DNA of 64,000 nucleotides from an uncultured Dehalococcoidia bacterium (lineage in GTDB: Bacteria; Chloroflexota; Dehalococcoidia; Lucifugimonadales; UBA3495): NCBI GenBank assembly GCA_958296385.1, contig OY282494.1, positions 1,709,537 through 1,773,536 on the forward strand, read 5' to 3'. Position numbers and translations under genes: made by a program. Below the pieces are notes generated by a model. It ran no database searches. It had not been told where the DNA came from and saw nothing but the letters and a program-made list of their open reading frames with translations. Below are positions 1 through 9,250 of this stretch, in pieces (position 1 is the first letter of the stretch; every line of letters starts with the position of its first letter).

Positions 1-287
1 CATTCCACGCCGATGTTTTGCAGCTCGTCCCGCGCGGCGGCGATGTCGTCCACCTCAAAGGCGGTGTGATGCGACGGCGCGGACGGCGCATCCGGGTTCT
101 CGATGATGTGCACCATCGCCCCGCTGGGCAGCTGGAGCCAGTACAGATTGTCGCTGTCCACCATCTTGGGAATCTGCATCACCCCCAGCACCTCCTGATA
201 CCACTTCAGCGCGATGTCCTTGTCCCGCACGTTGTAAGTGATGTGATTGATGGCCTTGAGGCGAATGTTGTCGGCGTTGAGTCCCAT
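1..287 (-). CDS. VOC/glyoxalase-family protein; C-terminus runs off the window
   Basis: Own translation from ATG at 287 (AGGAG 6 nt upstream): MGLNADNIRLKAINHITYNVRDKDIALKWYQEVLG...HHTAFEVDD, a glyoxalase/VOC-like N-terminus. Absent from the ORF track because it is open at position 1. Confidence 0.6.
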   Translation of the reverse strand, partial: MGLNADNIRLKAINHITYNVRDKDIALKWYQEVLGVMQIPKMVDSDNLYWLQLPSGAMVHIIENPDAPSAPSHHTAFEVDDIAAARDELQNIGVE

Positions 288-356
288 GATAATCTCCTTT
301 CCAAAGTAACCGTAATGCCGGCGAAAAGCCGGCATCCGGAGAGGTTGCGTCAGGGG

Positions 357-1328
357 CTAGATGCCCAGCAGCCGTTCCAGGTTGCCGTACAGGATGGCGT
401 CCTTCTCGTCTTTGGTGAGGCTTTCCAGCCCCAGCAGCCACGATACCGGCCAGTCGGCGCACATATCAAAGGGCCAGTCGGTGCCGAACACCACCTGCTC
501 GATGCCCGCCATGTCAATCAGCATCCGCAGTCCGTCCTCGCTGTGCGTCAGGCAGTCGTAGTAAAAGCGGCTCAGGTAGGCGCTGGGCGGCTGGCTGATG
601 TTCACCCGCGCCTCCGGCCGCACCTGCCAGCCCCGGTCCATCCGCCCCACGCCATAGCAGGCGTAGCCCCCGCCGTGGCACAGGCAAATCTTCAAGTTCG
701 GGTAGCGATCCATCACGCCGCCGAACACAAAGGATGCGTAGGTAACGGTGCGGTCGGCCAGATTGCCGACGGTGTTGGGCAGATGGTAGCGGTTCAGGCG
801 GGGCGCTACCACCGTGTCGCCGCCCTGGTGGATGAGGAACATCGCCCCCAGCCGTTCAGCGGCGGCCCACAGCGGATTGAACACCGGGTCGTCAAAGGTG
901 CGCCCGTTCACGTGGTCGCCAATCATCGCGCCCTTAAGGCCCAGCTGCTCCACCGCCCGGGTCAGCTCCTCAATCGCCGCGCCAACGTCCTGCATCGGCA
1001 GATGGGCCAGCCCGGCAAACCGCTCCGGATATTCCTCGGTGAGCTGCGCAACGTAGTCGTTGCACTCCCGGTGCATCGCAATGGTCTGCTCGGCGTCCAG
1101 GTCGTAAAAGTACATATTGGCGTTGGTGGACAGCACGTGCAAGTCCACCCCCAGCGACTGCATATCGGCGATGCGATGCTCCGGCGTCCAAAAGGTGCGC
1201 GGGTTGTAGCGGTGCTGGTTGTAAAGCGTAGGCGCCGAAACGCCAAACCAATTCTCCCCGCTCTGCATCGCCCGCAGCGCGCTGGCCGGCGTGATGTGAG
1301 CGTGAACGTCTAGAACGCGTGAAGCCAT
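357..1328 (-). CDS. Amidohydrolase-2 family protein (ACMSD-like metal-dependent hydrolase/decarboxylase)
   Basis: 323-aa ORF. It has VLDVHAHI at the N-terminus, then ...HGGG..., then FGTDWPF near the C-terminus, which is the typical amidohydrolase_2 metal-ligand layout. Confidence 0.8.
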   Translation of the reverse strand: MASRVLDVHAHITPASALRAMQSGENWFGVSAPTLYNQHRYNPRTFWTPEHRIADMQSLGVDLHVLSTNANMYFYDLDAEQTIAMHRECNDYVAQLTEEYPERFAGLAHLPMQDVGAAIEELTRAVEQLGLKGAMIGDHVNGRTFDDPVFNPLWAAAERLGAMFLIHQGGDTVVAPRLNRYHLPNTVGNLADRTVTYASFVFGGVMDRYPNLKICLCHGGGYACYGVGRMDRGWQVRPEARVNISQPPSAYLSRFYYDCLTHSEDGLRMLIDMAGIEQVVFGTDWPFDMCADWPVSWLLGLESLTKDEKDAILYGNLERLLGI

Positions 1329-1466
1329 TTGATACCGTCTCCCCTTACGTGTATCGGCCGGCCTGATTGCCGATAAGCGCCGCCGGCCAGTTTCGTTTCG
1401 TTGGAATTATAGACTGTTTCGCCCCATCATCATAGGCGTTGCGGATTTGGCGCGCTTTGACCGCTG

Positions 1467-1763
1467 TTGACTACCCGGCACCGCCCGCCTACACTGCCGG
1501 CGCCCGGCAGAGATTCAACGTCTGTCGCGGGGGAGTTAAGATTGACTGCGGAGAACGCCATTCAGCCGGGGCAGGTGCTTACCGGCCCCCTGTTCAGCGA
1601 GCCGGTGCGAGTCGAAACCGTAGCCGCCAACGCCCCCGGTTCCTGGCGCATCGGTGTCGTCAGCCAGCAGTCGGAACAGCGCTACGGGCTGAACGCGGAC
1701 GCAATGCCCCAGCCGATGCACATACGGGAACAATGGGAGGATTATAATGAGCAGAAATTCTAA
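1467..1763 (+). CDS. Hypothetical 98-aa ORF; possibly an orphan N-terminal fragment of the helicase of the decayed defence module
   Basis: The ORF overlaps the next gene by 17 nt. The segment PGQVLTGPLFSEPVRVETVAANAPGSWRIGVV resembles SH3/Tudor-like N-termini of defence helicases. This is a weak assignment from memory only. Confidence 0.25.
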   Translation: MTTRHRPPTLPAPGRDSTSVAGELRLTAENAIQPGQVLTGPLFSEPVRVETVAANAPGSWRIGVVSQQSEQRYGLNADAMPQPMHIREQWEDYNEQKF

Positions 1764-2664
1764 CGACCAGTCAGAACGGCTCCAGCTCACTTTGCTGGAC
1801 GATTCTCTCGATCTCCTGTTGAGCGCAGCCGAAGCCGTGAGCCGCGATGATGGGCCTAGAAGTCTGAAAGAGGCGGTGCTCCATTTAGGCAATGGAGTTG
1901 AGCTGCTGGTTAAAGCCCGGATAGCTCGTGAACACTGGTCTCTGATTTTCGCCGACGTTGATAAAGCGAGCCGCGACAAGCTAGACGCCGGAGATTTTGC
2001 TTCAGTCGATGCTCCGAGGGCACTGAATCGCTTGGAACAAATTGTCGGAGTTCCTATCGGTGGACGATGGAATACGCACTTGAAATCCCTGCGCCAGCAA
2101 CGGAATCGGCTGACGCACTTTACCGCTACGCTGGATACGGCTCAAACAAAATCATTGGTTGCAAAAGTAATGGCCTTCTGTGTGTCATTTTGCGAACAGC
2201 AAGGTATGGCAACAGCGCGAGCTGATGACAAACTGAGCGCAATTCACAAGAACCTCACGCCCCTCCAAGAATTCGTGGACCACCGAATACAGAATATATC
2301 TGCAAATTGGAAAGACGCGCTACTTTGGGTATGCCCGGAGTGTTGGCAACCGGCATTGGTGATCGATGGCGGAGAGGTGGACTGTAAATTTTGTAAGCGA
2401 AAAGCCGATCCACTTGAATTGGCCGCCGTCAACGCCGAAGGCAGTATAGAAGATTGCCCTGAGTGCGATGTGGAACAAACTTTCGTGTACATCCTTAGAC
2501 ACAACGGAGCGTGGGAATGGTTATGCTTTTCCTGCGGCCAAGGCGGTGCTGGTAAAAATTATGACCACTGTATGCGGTGCGGTCGCATGGACTACGCCCA
2601 CGACGATAACGATGGCATACAAGTCTGCGAAGAATGCCAGACGTATATCATAGAACGGTGGTAA
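1747..2664 (+). CDS. HEPN-like (RNxxxH) N-terminal domain fused to a C-terminal multi-CxxC zinc-ribbon region
   Basis: GGGAGG RBS lies 6 nt before the ATG. The helical N-terminus carries [11 protein letters not shown], matching the Rx4H HEPN motif. The C-terminus has CPECW, CKFCKRK, CPECD, CFSCG, CMRCG and CEECQ pairs. The region is lower in GC than its flanks. Confidence 0.65.
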   Translation: MSRNSNDQSERLQLTLLDDSLDLLLSAAEAVSRDDGPRSLKEAVLHLGNGVELLVKARIAREHWSLIFADVDKASRDKLDAGDFASVDAPRALNRLEQIVGVPIGGRWNTHLKSLRQQRNRLTHFTATLDTAQTKSLVAKVMAFCVSFCEQQGMATARADDKLSAIHKNLTPLQEFVDHRIQNISANWKDALLWVCPECWQPALVIDGGEVDCKFCKRKADPLELAAVNAEGSIEDCPECDVEQTFVYILRHNGAWEWLCFSCGQGGAGKNYDHCMRCGRMDYAHDDNDGIQVCEECQTYIIERW

Positions 2665-2668
2665 CGTT

Positions 2669-2992
2669 ATGCTTCCCAAAATGTAAGCTCCTGGCCGAAG
2701 CGTATTTCCCCATCGCCGCCGTTTCTCGCCACGCGGTGCGCGAGAAGTCCATACGGCACGGGCACCCCAGCACCCTGCATCTGTGGTGGGCCCGGCGGCC
2801 CCTAGCGTCTCCCGGGCGATGCTGTTGGCCCTGCTGCTGCCCGACCACGAGGCCGCCCCGTCTTGCCCGGACGAGTTCCGCGCGCAAGCCCGTCAAATCC
2901 TGCTGGACTTTCCCGCCCGGCCGGCGCGATGGGATGCCGACCTGCAATCCGACTCCGGGCTGCTGTCGTTCAGCGCCGACTTTGCCAATTAG
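2669..2992 (+). pseudogene. Truncated, frameshifted N-terminal remnant of a DUF1156 (COG1743-type) defence-island DNA methyltransferase
   Basis: The signature [23 protein letters not shown] is in one frame. It continues ([17 protein letters not shown]) in the +1 frame after about 2810 and stops at 2992. Intact family members are around 900 aa or more. Confidence 0.75.
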
Positions 2993-3017
2993 GACGACGC
3001 CTCCCAGGAGAAAAGCC

Positions 3018-3248
3018 ATGCCCGCCAGCCCCGAACTGCTGCAACGCATCACGTCCCGCCCGGAAGTGTTCGGCGGGAAACTGATTACCCGCGATATGCG
3101 AATATCCGTAGAATTTATCCTGAGTCTGCTCAGCCAGGTAGCCACCCCGGAAGAATTGCTGGGCGATTACCCCGAACTGGAACCGGAAGACATCCGCGCT
3201 TGCATTGCCTACCGGCACGTTCGTGTTTCACATCCGCCAACCAACTGA
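3018..3248 (+). CDS. DUF433 domain protein (small antitoxin-like HTH)
   Basis: 76 aa: [55 protein letters not shown] matches the DUF433 consensus (from memory). It is read from an internal ATG of track ORF 2634..3248. Confidence 0.7.
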   Translation: MPASPELLQRITSRPEVFGGKLITRDMRISVEFILSLLSQVATPEELLGDYPELEPEDIRACIAYRHVRVSHPPTN

Positions 3249-3271
3249 ACCGACAACGAGGAGCGCAACCG

Positions 3272-4397
3272 CTGAAACCCTGGTATAAAGTCGTAACCCC
3301 ACGCCCGGAAGTGCGCGCAGGCCGTTCTTTCAGCCCGGATGAATTCGCCATCGCCCTGGAGCAGGTGGTAGCCGGAACTACCCCGGCTGACTACTCCGAC
3401 CCGGCGCAGTTTTTCTCCCGCACCTGCTTTACCGATACGTTGACCGACCACAACAGCATGGTTTTGCGCCGGCTGGCGGGGGAAACGGCGAACACTACGC
3501 CGGCGCTGTCGTTGATAACACAGTTCGGCGGCGGCAAAACCCATACTCTCACCGCCCTGTATCACCTGGCCGACACCGGCCCGGACGCCGCCCGTTTCCC
3601 CGGCGTAGCCGACCTGGTTAGCGCGGCGGGAAATGGCGCGCCGTGCCGCAGTTCAAGCAGGCGCTCAGCAAGGGCAGCGCAATCCCCGTCAGCTACTTCC
3701 CAGAGGACGCCACCGCGCGTCACGACACCACCCCGGCGCGCTGGTCCGGTGCATCAAAAGCCGGGACGCGAGCTGCGCGACAGCATCGTCGAGCGTCTGG
3801 CCTGGCAGCGGGTGGCCCGCGACGTTGAGGAGGGGATTTTAGGCGCCGAATTCAACGACGCCAACCGCAACGAAGTACAGGCCAGACAAGCCTGCCCCCT
3901 GATCAGCCTGCGCCAAAGCTTCCTGAACGACGCTCTAACCCGCCTGCTCGACCCCGACATCGTCCTCCGCGAGAAAATCGCAGAGTTCGTGCATAAAGGC
4001 GAATTCGGCCTGGCATCGGGCGAAAAAACTAACGGCGAGTACGAACGAATCTGGCACGCAGAAACGACGCCAGCCGAGGAAATCCTCTTCGAAAACGGCG
4101 TATTCCTGCTAACCCAGGCCAAAGCCGAGAAACTACGCAACCCCACCGCCGGCGCCGGCGCCGGTTACGCCCACCATCATGCCCCTGATACCAACCGGCC
4201 AAAAAGCCAAACTGTCACTCACCGGCATGATGCCCCGCGAATCCTGGAACCGGGTAGGAACCAGGCTGCTGCCCAAGCTGCAAGGCGGCGAGGACATCAG
4301 CGCAAAAGTAGAACTGTCCGCCAGCATAGCCGCCGAACTACGCCAATCCCTGCAAGACCTCGGCCTAACCTGGCAAGTGAACGTCAGCGAACAATAA
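3272..4397 (+). pseudogene. Remnant of a DUF499 (COG1483-type) defence-island ATPase with a large internal deletion and frameshifts
   Basis: The N-terminus is LKPWYKVVTPRPEVRAGRSFSPDEFAIALEQV...QFGGGKTHTLTALYHL (Walker A). It then degenerates into Arg/Pro-rich junk. C-terminal-like segments resume near 3760-4140, and the last 72 aa are in another frame (4179..4397). No ATG start is present. Intact members are around 1000 aa. Confidence 0.75.
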
Positions 4398-4692
4398 CGC
4401 CATACCCTGTGAACCGAGCAAGACCATTTTCGTGCAAGTTGAGAATATTGTAAAACTTGACATTTTCCGTGCAGTTTATAAGAATTAGACAACGCCTGCC
4501 CGCTGGGCCGCCGCCCATCGCCTTTCCGGTGTCCGTACCGGCAAAGTTCCCGCAGGTGGTATGGGCAAGTCAATGCGGCGGCCGCGTTATTGGGTGTAGG
4601 ATGGGGTCAATCAGCGTTCCTCCGTCTTTGGAAAGCTTTATGGAATCTCAGGCGCAAGCCAGGCAACCATCGCAATTAGCGGGAAGTAGAAT

Positions 4693-4929
4693 ATGGCGAC
4701 ACAGCGAATAAAGAAGACCAAGCTGATGCGCAGCGTGGAAGAGAAGCAGGGCCGGCCGTTGGAGCATCTGGTGCCCGACCTGGTGAATCAAATGGGAATG
4801 AGCCGCGCGGCATCCCAACTCGGCGTCAGCCCGGCCACCCTCGGCTACTGGATGCTGAAAATGGGCATCCAGTACCGCCGCGTCGCCCTGGCGGACGGCG
4901 AGACCATCGAAGTCCGACGGCAGGGCTGA
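4693..4929 (+). CDS. Small helix-turn-helix protein
   Basis: 78 aa. GMSRAASQLGVSPATLGYWMLKMG is a classic HTH. AGTAGA-type weak RBS. Confidence 0.5.
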   Translation: MATQRIKKTKLMRSVEEKQGRPLEHLVPDLVNQMGMSRAASQLGVSPATLGYWMLKMGIQYRRVALADGETIEVRRQG

Positions 4930-4951
4930 CCGGCGCTGCTGTGCCGGGGCA

Positions 4952-5392
4952 TCATGGCGGGGGCAAAGTTGGCGGCCCCAAGCCGCCCGCGTCAAGCGGC
5001 GCTGCCTCATCCATTCCGGGCCAGGGCGGGATAGTTACGCACAGAAAGACCAGCGGCGCGCCGTCGTCCGCCCGGAATTGAAATCCCCAGCCGGCCGGGA
5101 TGACCAGCGCAACGCCGGGGGCAACCGGCGCCGGCGCGGCATCGGCGGCCGGCACGCCGGGCGGCCCACGCCAGACGGCGCCCGTGCCGGATATGACGTA
5201 CCACGATTCCTCAACAGTGCGGTGGCGCACCGGCCGGCTGACCCCTCCGGGCGGCACGGTTACCTCCACCATGCTGCACCGGGTAGCGCCGTGGCCATCG
5301 TGCAGCAGCAGCCGCACCGCAGAACCGTCGGGCGCGGTGATGACCTCCGCGCTGCGCCGTCCTGGCGGAGGGATTAAGTCGTCCATTAGCAT
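4952..5392 (-). CDS. Cupin-domain protein
   Basis: 146 aa. The two-motif beta-barrel pattern is present (VEVTVPPGGVSRPVRHRTVEESWYVISGTGAV ... VALVIPAGWGFQF). Confidence 0.6.
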   Translation of the reverse strand: MLMDDLIPPPGRRSAEVITAPDGSAVRLLLHDGHGATRCSMVEVTVPPGGVSRPVRHRTVEESWYVISGTGAVWRGPPGVPAADAAPAPVAPGVALVIPAGWGFQFRADDGAPLVFLCVTIPPWPGMDEAAPLDAGGLGPPTLPPP

Positions 5393-5410
5393 GGCCGGGC
5401 CGATTAGCGA

Positions 5411-6235
5411 CTAGCCGGCCTGGGGCTTGCGTCCCTTGCGGTCGAGAAAGTCGGCAAAGCCTTCCTCTACGGACAATCCCTTGAAACGATCGGTGCGGCC
5501 CGATATTTCGTTCCGGTACTGTTCCTCAATGGGCAAGCCGGAATGTTCCAGCAGCAGCTGCTTGATGTTGGCCAGCCCCTCAACGCGGTTGCGGGCCATA
5601 CCGGCCGCAATGTCCAGCGACTTGTCCATCAGCTCCTCGGACGAGAATAGATGGTTGATAAGCCCCATGTGATAGGCTTCGTCGGCGAACACTTCGCGGC
5701 CGCTGAGCAGCAGTTCTTTGGCGCGGTGGATGCCCACCAGTTGGGGCAGGCTCCAGGTGGCGTTCATCTGCCCGTAGTTGACGGCCAGAAAGCGAAAGCT
5801 GGTCTTTTCGCAGCCGATGAGAAAGTCCAGGCTGGTGGCCAGCACGGTGCCGCCGCCGTAGCAAAGGCCGTTGACGGCGCCGATGACGGGCTTGGCGCAG
5901 GTGTGCAGATGCCAGGTGTAATGCGAGCGTTCGGCCTGCCCCGCCTCGCGCTCCTCCGGCCCCAGCTCCCGGTTCTCGTGGATGTCGGCGCCGGCGGAGA
6001 AAGCGCGTTCGCCGGCGCCGGTAATGATGATGGCGCCAACGCTGTCGTCCGCCTCGTAGTTCGTCACCGCCTCGTCCAGTTCGCGCACCAGCTGCAAGTT
6101 CAGCGCGTTCAGCACCTCCGGGCGGTTCAGCGTAATCACGCCAATGCGCGTTTCAACCTCACTGCGCCCCATCTGCGCAGCGCGGGTAACGGTTTCGGCG
6201 TTGATGCAAGAGTAAGTAGTAGTTACCATCGTCAT
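5411..6235 (-). CDS. Enoyl-CoA hydratase/isomerase (crotonase) family protein
   Basis: VITLNRPEVLNALN, FSAGADI and GLCYGGG crotonase motifs. The start is trimmed to MTMVTT (an AAGGA RBS favours ATG 6229 or 6235); the track ORF runs on to 6289. Confidence 0.85.
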   Translation of the reverse strand: MTMVTTTYSCINAETVTRAAQMGRSEVETRIGVITLNRPEVLNALNLQLVRELDEAVTNYEADDSVGAIIITGAGERAFSAGADIHENRELGPEEREAGQAERSHYTWHLHTCAKPVIGAVNGLCYGGGTVLATSLDFLIGCEKTSFRFLAVNYGQMNATWSLPQLVGIHRAKELLLSGREVFADEAYHMGLINHLFSSEELMDKSLDIAAGMARNRVEGLANIKQLLLEHSGLPIEEQYRNEISGRTDRFKGLSVEEGFADFLDRKGRKPQAG

Positions 6236-6359
6236 ATCCTTGCTGGCCCAACTCGCCGGATGCGATTGGGCGATTAGTGTAGGGGGCACTATTATAACGG
6301 GGTTGTCGGCGGCCCGATAGATGCGGTTCCGATAGGGATTCGCAACTTGCGCGGTAATT

Positions 6360-6590
6360 CGATTTAGCCCAGCACTGCCAGCAGACCAACGCCGGCGAAT
6401 ACACCGGCATCGCCACGCTTTTCGTGTAGCCTTTCGTCCGCCGCATCAGCCGGTTCAGCCTCCCCCGCAGCCGCGAATGCAACCCCTCGTTCCGGTTCAC
6501 CGGCCCGTACTTTCCCACCTCGTGCCGGTTCGCTGGCAACCGGAAATACACCGCATATCCGTCGCTGCAATGCCGCTCCGCCTCCGGCAT
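6360..6590 (-). pseudogene. C-terminal remnant of an IS1-family transposase
   Basis: SDGYAVYFRLPANRHEVGKYGPVNRNEGLHSRLRGRLNRLMRRTKGYTKSV follows the IS1 InsB C-terminal pattern (TDGY.VY...H..K....E..N..LR..L.RL.R+T..+SKS). The catalytic N-terminal two thirds are missing. Confidence 0.5.
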
Positions 6591-6634
6591 CCTCGTGGAC
6601 GGCGGCGGGGGCTGTCGCGTCCGGTAGGGGCCGG

Positions 6635-7066
6635 CTATTCTCCGATTGATACCAGCGTCAGGTCAAAGGTGAGGGCTTTGCCGGCCAGGGGGTGGTTGGC
6701 GTCGAGGGTTATGATGTCGTCGGCTACGGCGGCGATGGTGAAACTTACCATGGTGCCGTCGCTTTGCTGGCCTTGTACGCGGGAGCCGGGTTCCAGCTCG
6801 AATTCGGGGGGGAATTCGCTGCGGGGCACTTCCATTATGCCCTCGGCGTCGTGGTCGCCGTAAGCCTGCTCGCTGGGGATGTGGATGGTGCGCGTATCGC
6901 CGGCGGCCATGCCGATGACGCCGTTCTCAAATCCGGGGATAACCTGCCCATCGCCCACCGTGAACGCCAGCGGCGTGCCGCCGTCGGACGAGTCAAAAAC
7001 CTCTCCGTCGTCCAGTCGGCCCGTGTAGTGAACCCGAACGCGGTCGCCAATCTTTACCGTAGTCAA
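6635..7066 (-). CDS. FKBP-type peptidyl-prolyl isomerase, SlyD-like with insert-in-flap domain
   Basis: VRVHYTGRLDDGEVFDSS...PLAFTVGDGQVIPGFENGVIGM...DANHPLAGKALTFDLTLV. Confidence 0.85.
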   Translation of the reverse strand: MTTVKIGDRVRVHYTGRLDDGEVFDSSDGGTPLAFTVGDGQVIPGFENGVIGMAAGDTRTIHIPSEQAYGDHDAEGIMEVPRSEFPPEFELEPGSRVQGQQSDGTMVSFTIAAVADDIITLDANHPLAGKALTFDLTLVSIGE

Positions 7067-7147
7067 TTTACTGCCTTTGCCGGAATGGATACGGCACTAT
7101 AGCACGGGGCGCAGCGGGGGGCGAAGTATGTTATGGTACGGGGAACC

Positions 7148-7188
7148 GCGAAACTCTATTTTGCCAGTGCGAAACTCCACTTTGCCAG
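7148..7188 (+). promoter_or_regulatory. Tandem 20-nt direct repeat (GCGAAACTCYAYTTTGCCAG x2, 21-nt phase) abutting the RBS of the LLM gene; candidate operator
   Basis: 7148-7167 and 7169-7188 differ at 2 of 20 positions. GGGAGG RBS is at 7188-7193 and the ATG at 7199. Confidence 0.35.
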
Positions 7189-7198
7189 GGAGGCGCCG

Positions 7199-8290
7199 AT
7201 GAAGTACGGATTGTTTATGATGCCGTCCCACCCGCCGGAACGGAACATTTTTGACTCCCACCAGTGGGACTTGGAGTACCTGACGCTGTGCGACGAGCTG
7301 GGCTTTGATGAAGCCTGGATTGGCGAGCATTTCACCTCGCCCTGGGAACCGATTCCCGCGCCCGACTTGCTGATTGCCCAGGCGCTAATGCAAACCAAAC
7401 GCATCAAGCTGGGCTCCGGGGCGCACCTGCTGCCCTACCATCACCCGGCGGAACTGGCGCACCGGGTGGCCTACCTGGACCATCTTTCGCAAGGCCGGTT
7501 CCTGTTCGGCGTGGGCAGCAGCGGCCTGCCCAGCGATTGGGCGTTATTCGACGTGGACGGCGCCAACGGCGAGCATCGCGATATGACCCGCGAATCGCTG
7601 GACATCATCCTCAAAATCTGGCAAAACGACGGCCCCTTTGAGTACAAGGGCAAGTACTGGAACGTCAGCATCCCGGAGCCAATGTACGGCACGCTGGAGT
7701 TCTTTCTGCGCCCCTACCAGCAGCCGCACCCGCCCATCGGCGTAGCATCGGTAAGCTACAAATCGCCCACGCTGATGATTGCCGGCGAGCGCGGGTTCAT
7801 CCCCATGAGCCTGGCGCTGAACGCCGACTACTGCCGCAGCCACTGGGAGGCCATCGAGGAGGGCGCGCAGCGCGCCAACCGCACGCCGTCGCGGGCCGAC
7901 TGGCGGCTGGTGCGCGACGTGTACGTAGCCGACACCGACGCCGAGGCCCGCGAACGGGCGCTGAACGGTATGCTGGGCCGGGTCTGGAACGACTACCTGC
8001 TGCCCCTGTTCCGCGAGTTTGACTTGATGAAAGTGTTCAAGCACGACCCGGAGGTTCCGGACGACGCGGTGAACATCGAGTACATGGCCGACCAGCTGTG
8101 GCTGATTGGCTCGCCGGACACGGTAGCCGAAAAGATACGCCGGATGTACGGCGACGTCGGCGGTTTCGGCGCCCTGCTGATGCTGGTGTACGACCACTGG
8201 CAAGACCAGGCCGGCTGGGAAAAGTCAACCCGCCTGCTGGCCGAAAAAGTAATGCCGCAAGTAGCAGACTTAACCGGAGCAACCGCCTGA
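7199..8290 (+). CDS. LLM-class (luciferase-like) flavin-dependent oxidoreductase
   Basis: MKYGLFMMPSHPP...FDEAWIGEHF... is typical of luciferase-like monooxygenases. The start is reset to ATG 7199 behind GGGAGG. Confidence 0.85.
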   Translation: MKYGLFMMPSHPPERNIFDSHQWDLEYLTLCDELGFDEAWIGEHFTSPWEPIPAPDLLIAQALMQTKRIKLGSGAHLLPYHHPAELAHRVAYLDHLSQGRFLFGVGSSGLPSDWALFDVDGANGEHRDMTRESLDIILKIWQNDGPFEYKGKYWNVSIPEPMYGTLEFFLRPYQQPHPPIGVASVSYKSPTLMIAGERGFIPMSLALNADYCRSHWEAIEEGAQRANRTPSRADWRLVRDVYVADTDAEARERALNGMLGRVWNDYLLPLFREFDLMKVFKHDPEVPDDAVNIEYMADQLWLIGSPDTVAEKIRRMYGDVGGFGALLMLVYDHWQDQAGWEKSTRLLAEKVMPQVADLTGATA

Positions 8291-8315
8291 TTCCAACCCG
8301 CCGCCGGAGGATCAC

Positions 8316-9221
8316 TTACCACCAAACCGCGAACGAACGGAGCCGCAGTTCGCCGCGCGGCGTTTGGTAGGCGTATGGCCCCAAGTCTGCCGTTGCGGAT
8401 GGCGGCGTTGGCGTTGCTGCGGCCGGCGTGGGGGTTACGGGCATCGGCACCGGGCGCGTTGGGGTGATTGAGCCCGGAACGGGCGCCGGCGATGGCGTTA
8501 TCTCCCAGCGTATCTCGGCCGGCTGACATTCGCTGACCTCAACGCCTTTGCCGGCGAATACGCATACTCCGGTTAGATTGGTGAAATCCAGCTGCCAGAC
8601 GCCGCCGGCGGCGATGGCGTGCACGGTTGCGCCGGTCAAGACGATGATGGGGTCGTCCTGATTGCTGAGGAACACTTTGGCGCCGTAGGCGTCCACGTTG
8701 GGGACGGCGGCCCAGGTTAGAACCAGCAGCGACGGGTCGTCCAGCACGACGGCCAGCCGCTGCTCCGGCGCCGGCGGCAAGACCGGCGGGGGTTGCTCCA
8801 ATTGGGTATTCCGGACGGCGGCCCAGGTACATTCCGTTGGACGGGCCGGGTTATCCGACATTGCAGTTACGCAGGCCCCGGCAAGGTTTTCCGATTCCCA
8901 CGGGCCCAGTCCGTAGCGCCAGTGCGTCTTTACGGTGTCAGCGCCGGTACGCTCGCTGCTGCCGTACACCGCCGTTGCGCTGCGCTGCATTTGCGGGGTG
9001 TCATCCGCAAAGTAGAGCGTTACCCGGTAGTAGGCCGCATCGGGAACCGCCGCCCAATTTACCAGCGCCTCGTTGGGCGTCCACATCCGGGCCATGGCCC
9101 AATCCGGCGGGGGCAGTGGCGCTGGCGGCGGCGGTTCTCCGTTTTGCGCCGGGGCCATTGCGGCGGCCGCCAGCGCTATTGCCAGCGCGACGGCAAGGCG
9201 GACGCCGGCGGTTTTGTTCAA
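8316..9221 (-). CDS. Secreted protein with two repeated beta-rich (FN3-like) modules
   Basis: Signal peptide MNKTAGVRLAVALAIALAAAAMAPAQ. An internal repeat is marked by WAAVPDAAYYRV and WAAVPNVDAYGAKV. Confidence 0.55.
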   Translation of the reverse strand: MNKTAGVRLAVALAIALAAAAMAPAQNGEPPPPAPLPPPDWAMARMWTPNEALVNWAAVPDAAYYRVTLYFADDTPQMQRSATAVYGSSERTGADTVKTHWRYGLGPWESENLAGACVTAMSDNPARPTECTWAAVRNTQLEQPPPVLPPAPEQRLAVVLDDPSLLVLTWAAVPNVDAYGAKVFLSNQDDPIIVLTGATVHAIAAGGVWQLDFTNLTGVCVFAGKGVEVSECQPAEIRWEITPSPAPVPGSITPTRPVPMPVTPTPAAATPTPPSATADLGPYAYQTPRGELRLRSFAVWW

Positions 9222-9250
9222 GTGAACGTCCTTTTTACGGCAACGCCCTT

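Noticed and set aside
18-1313. 431-aa plus-strand ORF covering the whole amidohydrolase locus
   Set aside because: It is an antisense shadow ORF. It has an Arg/Pro/His/Val-rich composition with no motifs, whereas the minus-strand frame encodes a recognisable amidohydrolase. Such shadows are typical of high-GC DNA.
2634-3248. 204-aa ORF read as a single protein
   Set aside because: It is a chimera. A DUF1156 fragment, then out-of-frame junk, then a DUF433 gene happen to share one frame. It is annotated as a pseudogene fragment plus a 76-aa DUF433 CDS.
3200-4453. 417-aa ORF as an intact gene
   Set aside because: Only the first ~115 aa and scattered later segments resemble DUF499. The middle is Arg/Pro/Ser junk, and the true C-terminal homology is in another frame (4179..4397). 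It is treated as a pseudogene.
4425-4485. Direct repeat CATTTTC(C)GTGCA(A)GTT x2 around a TTGACA box upstream of the small HTH gene
   Set aside because: The repeat is short and imperfect. The -10 assignment is ambiguous and the site lies about 210 nt from the gene. It is noted but not strong enough for a feature.
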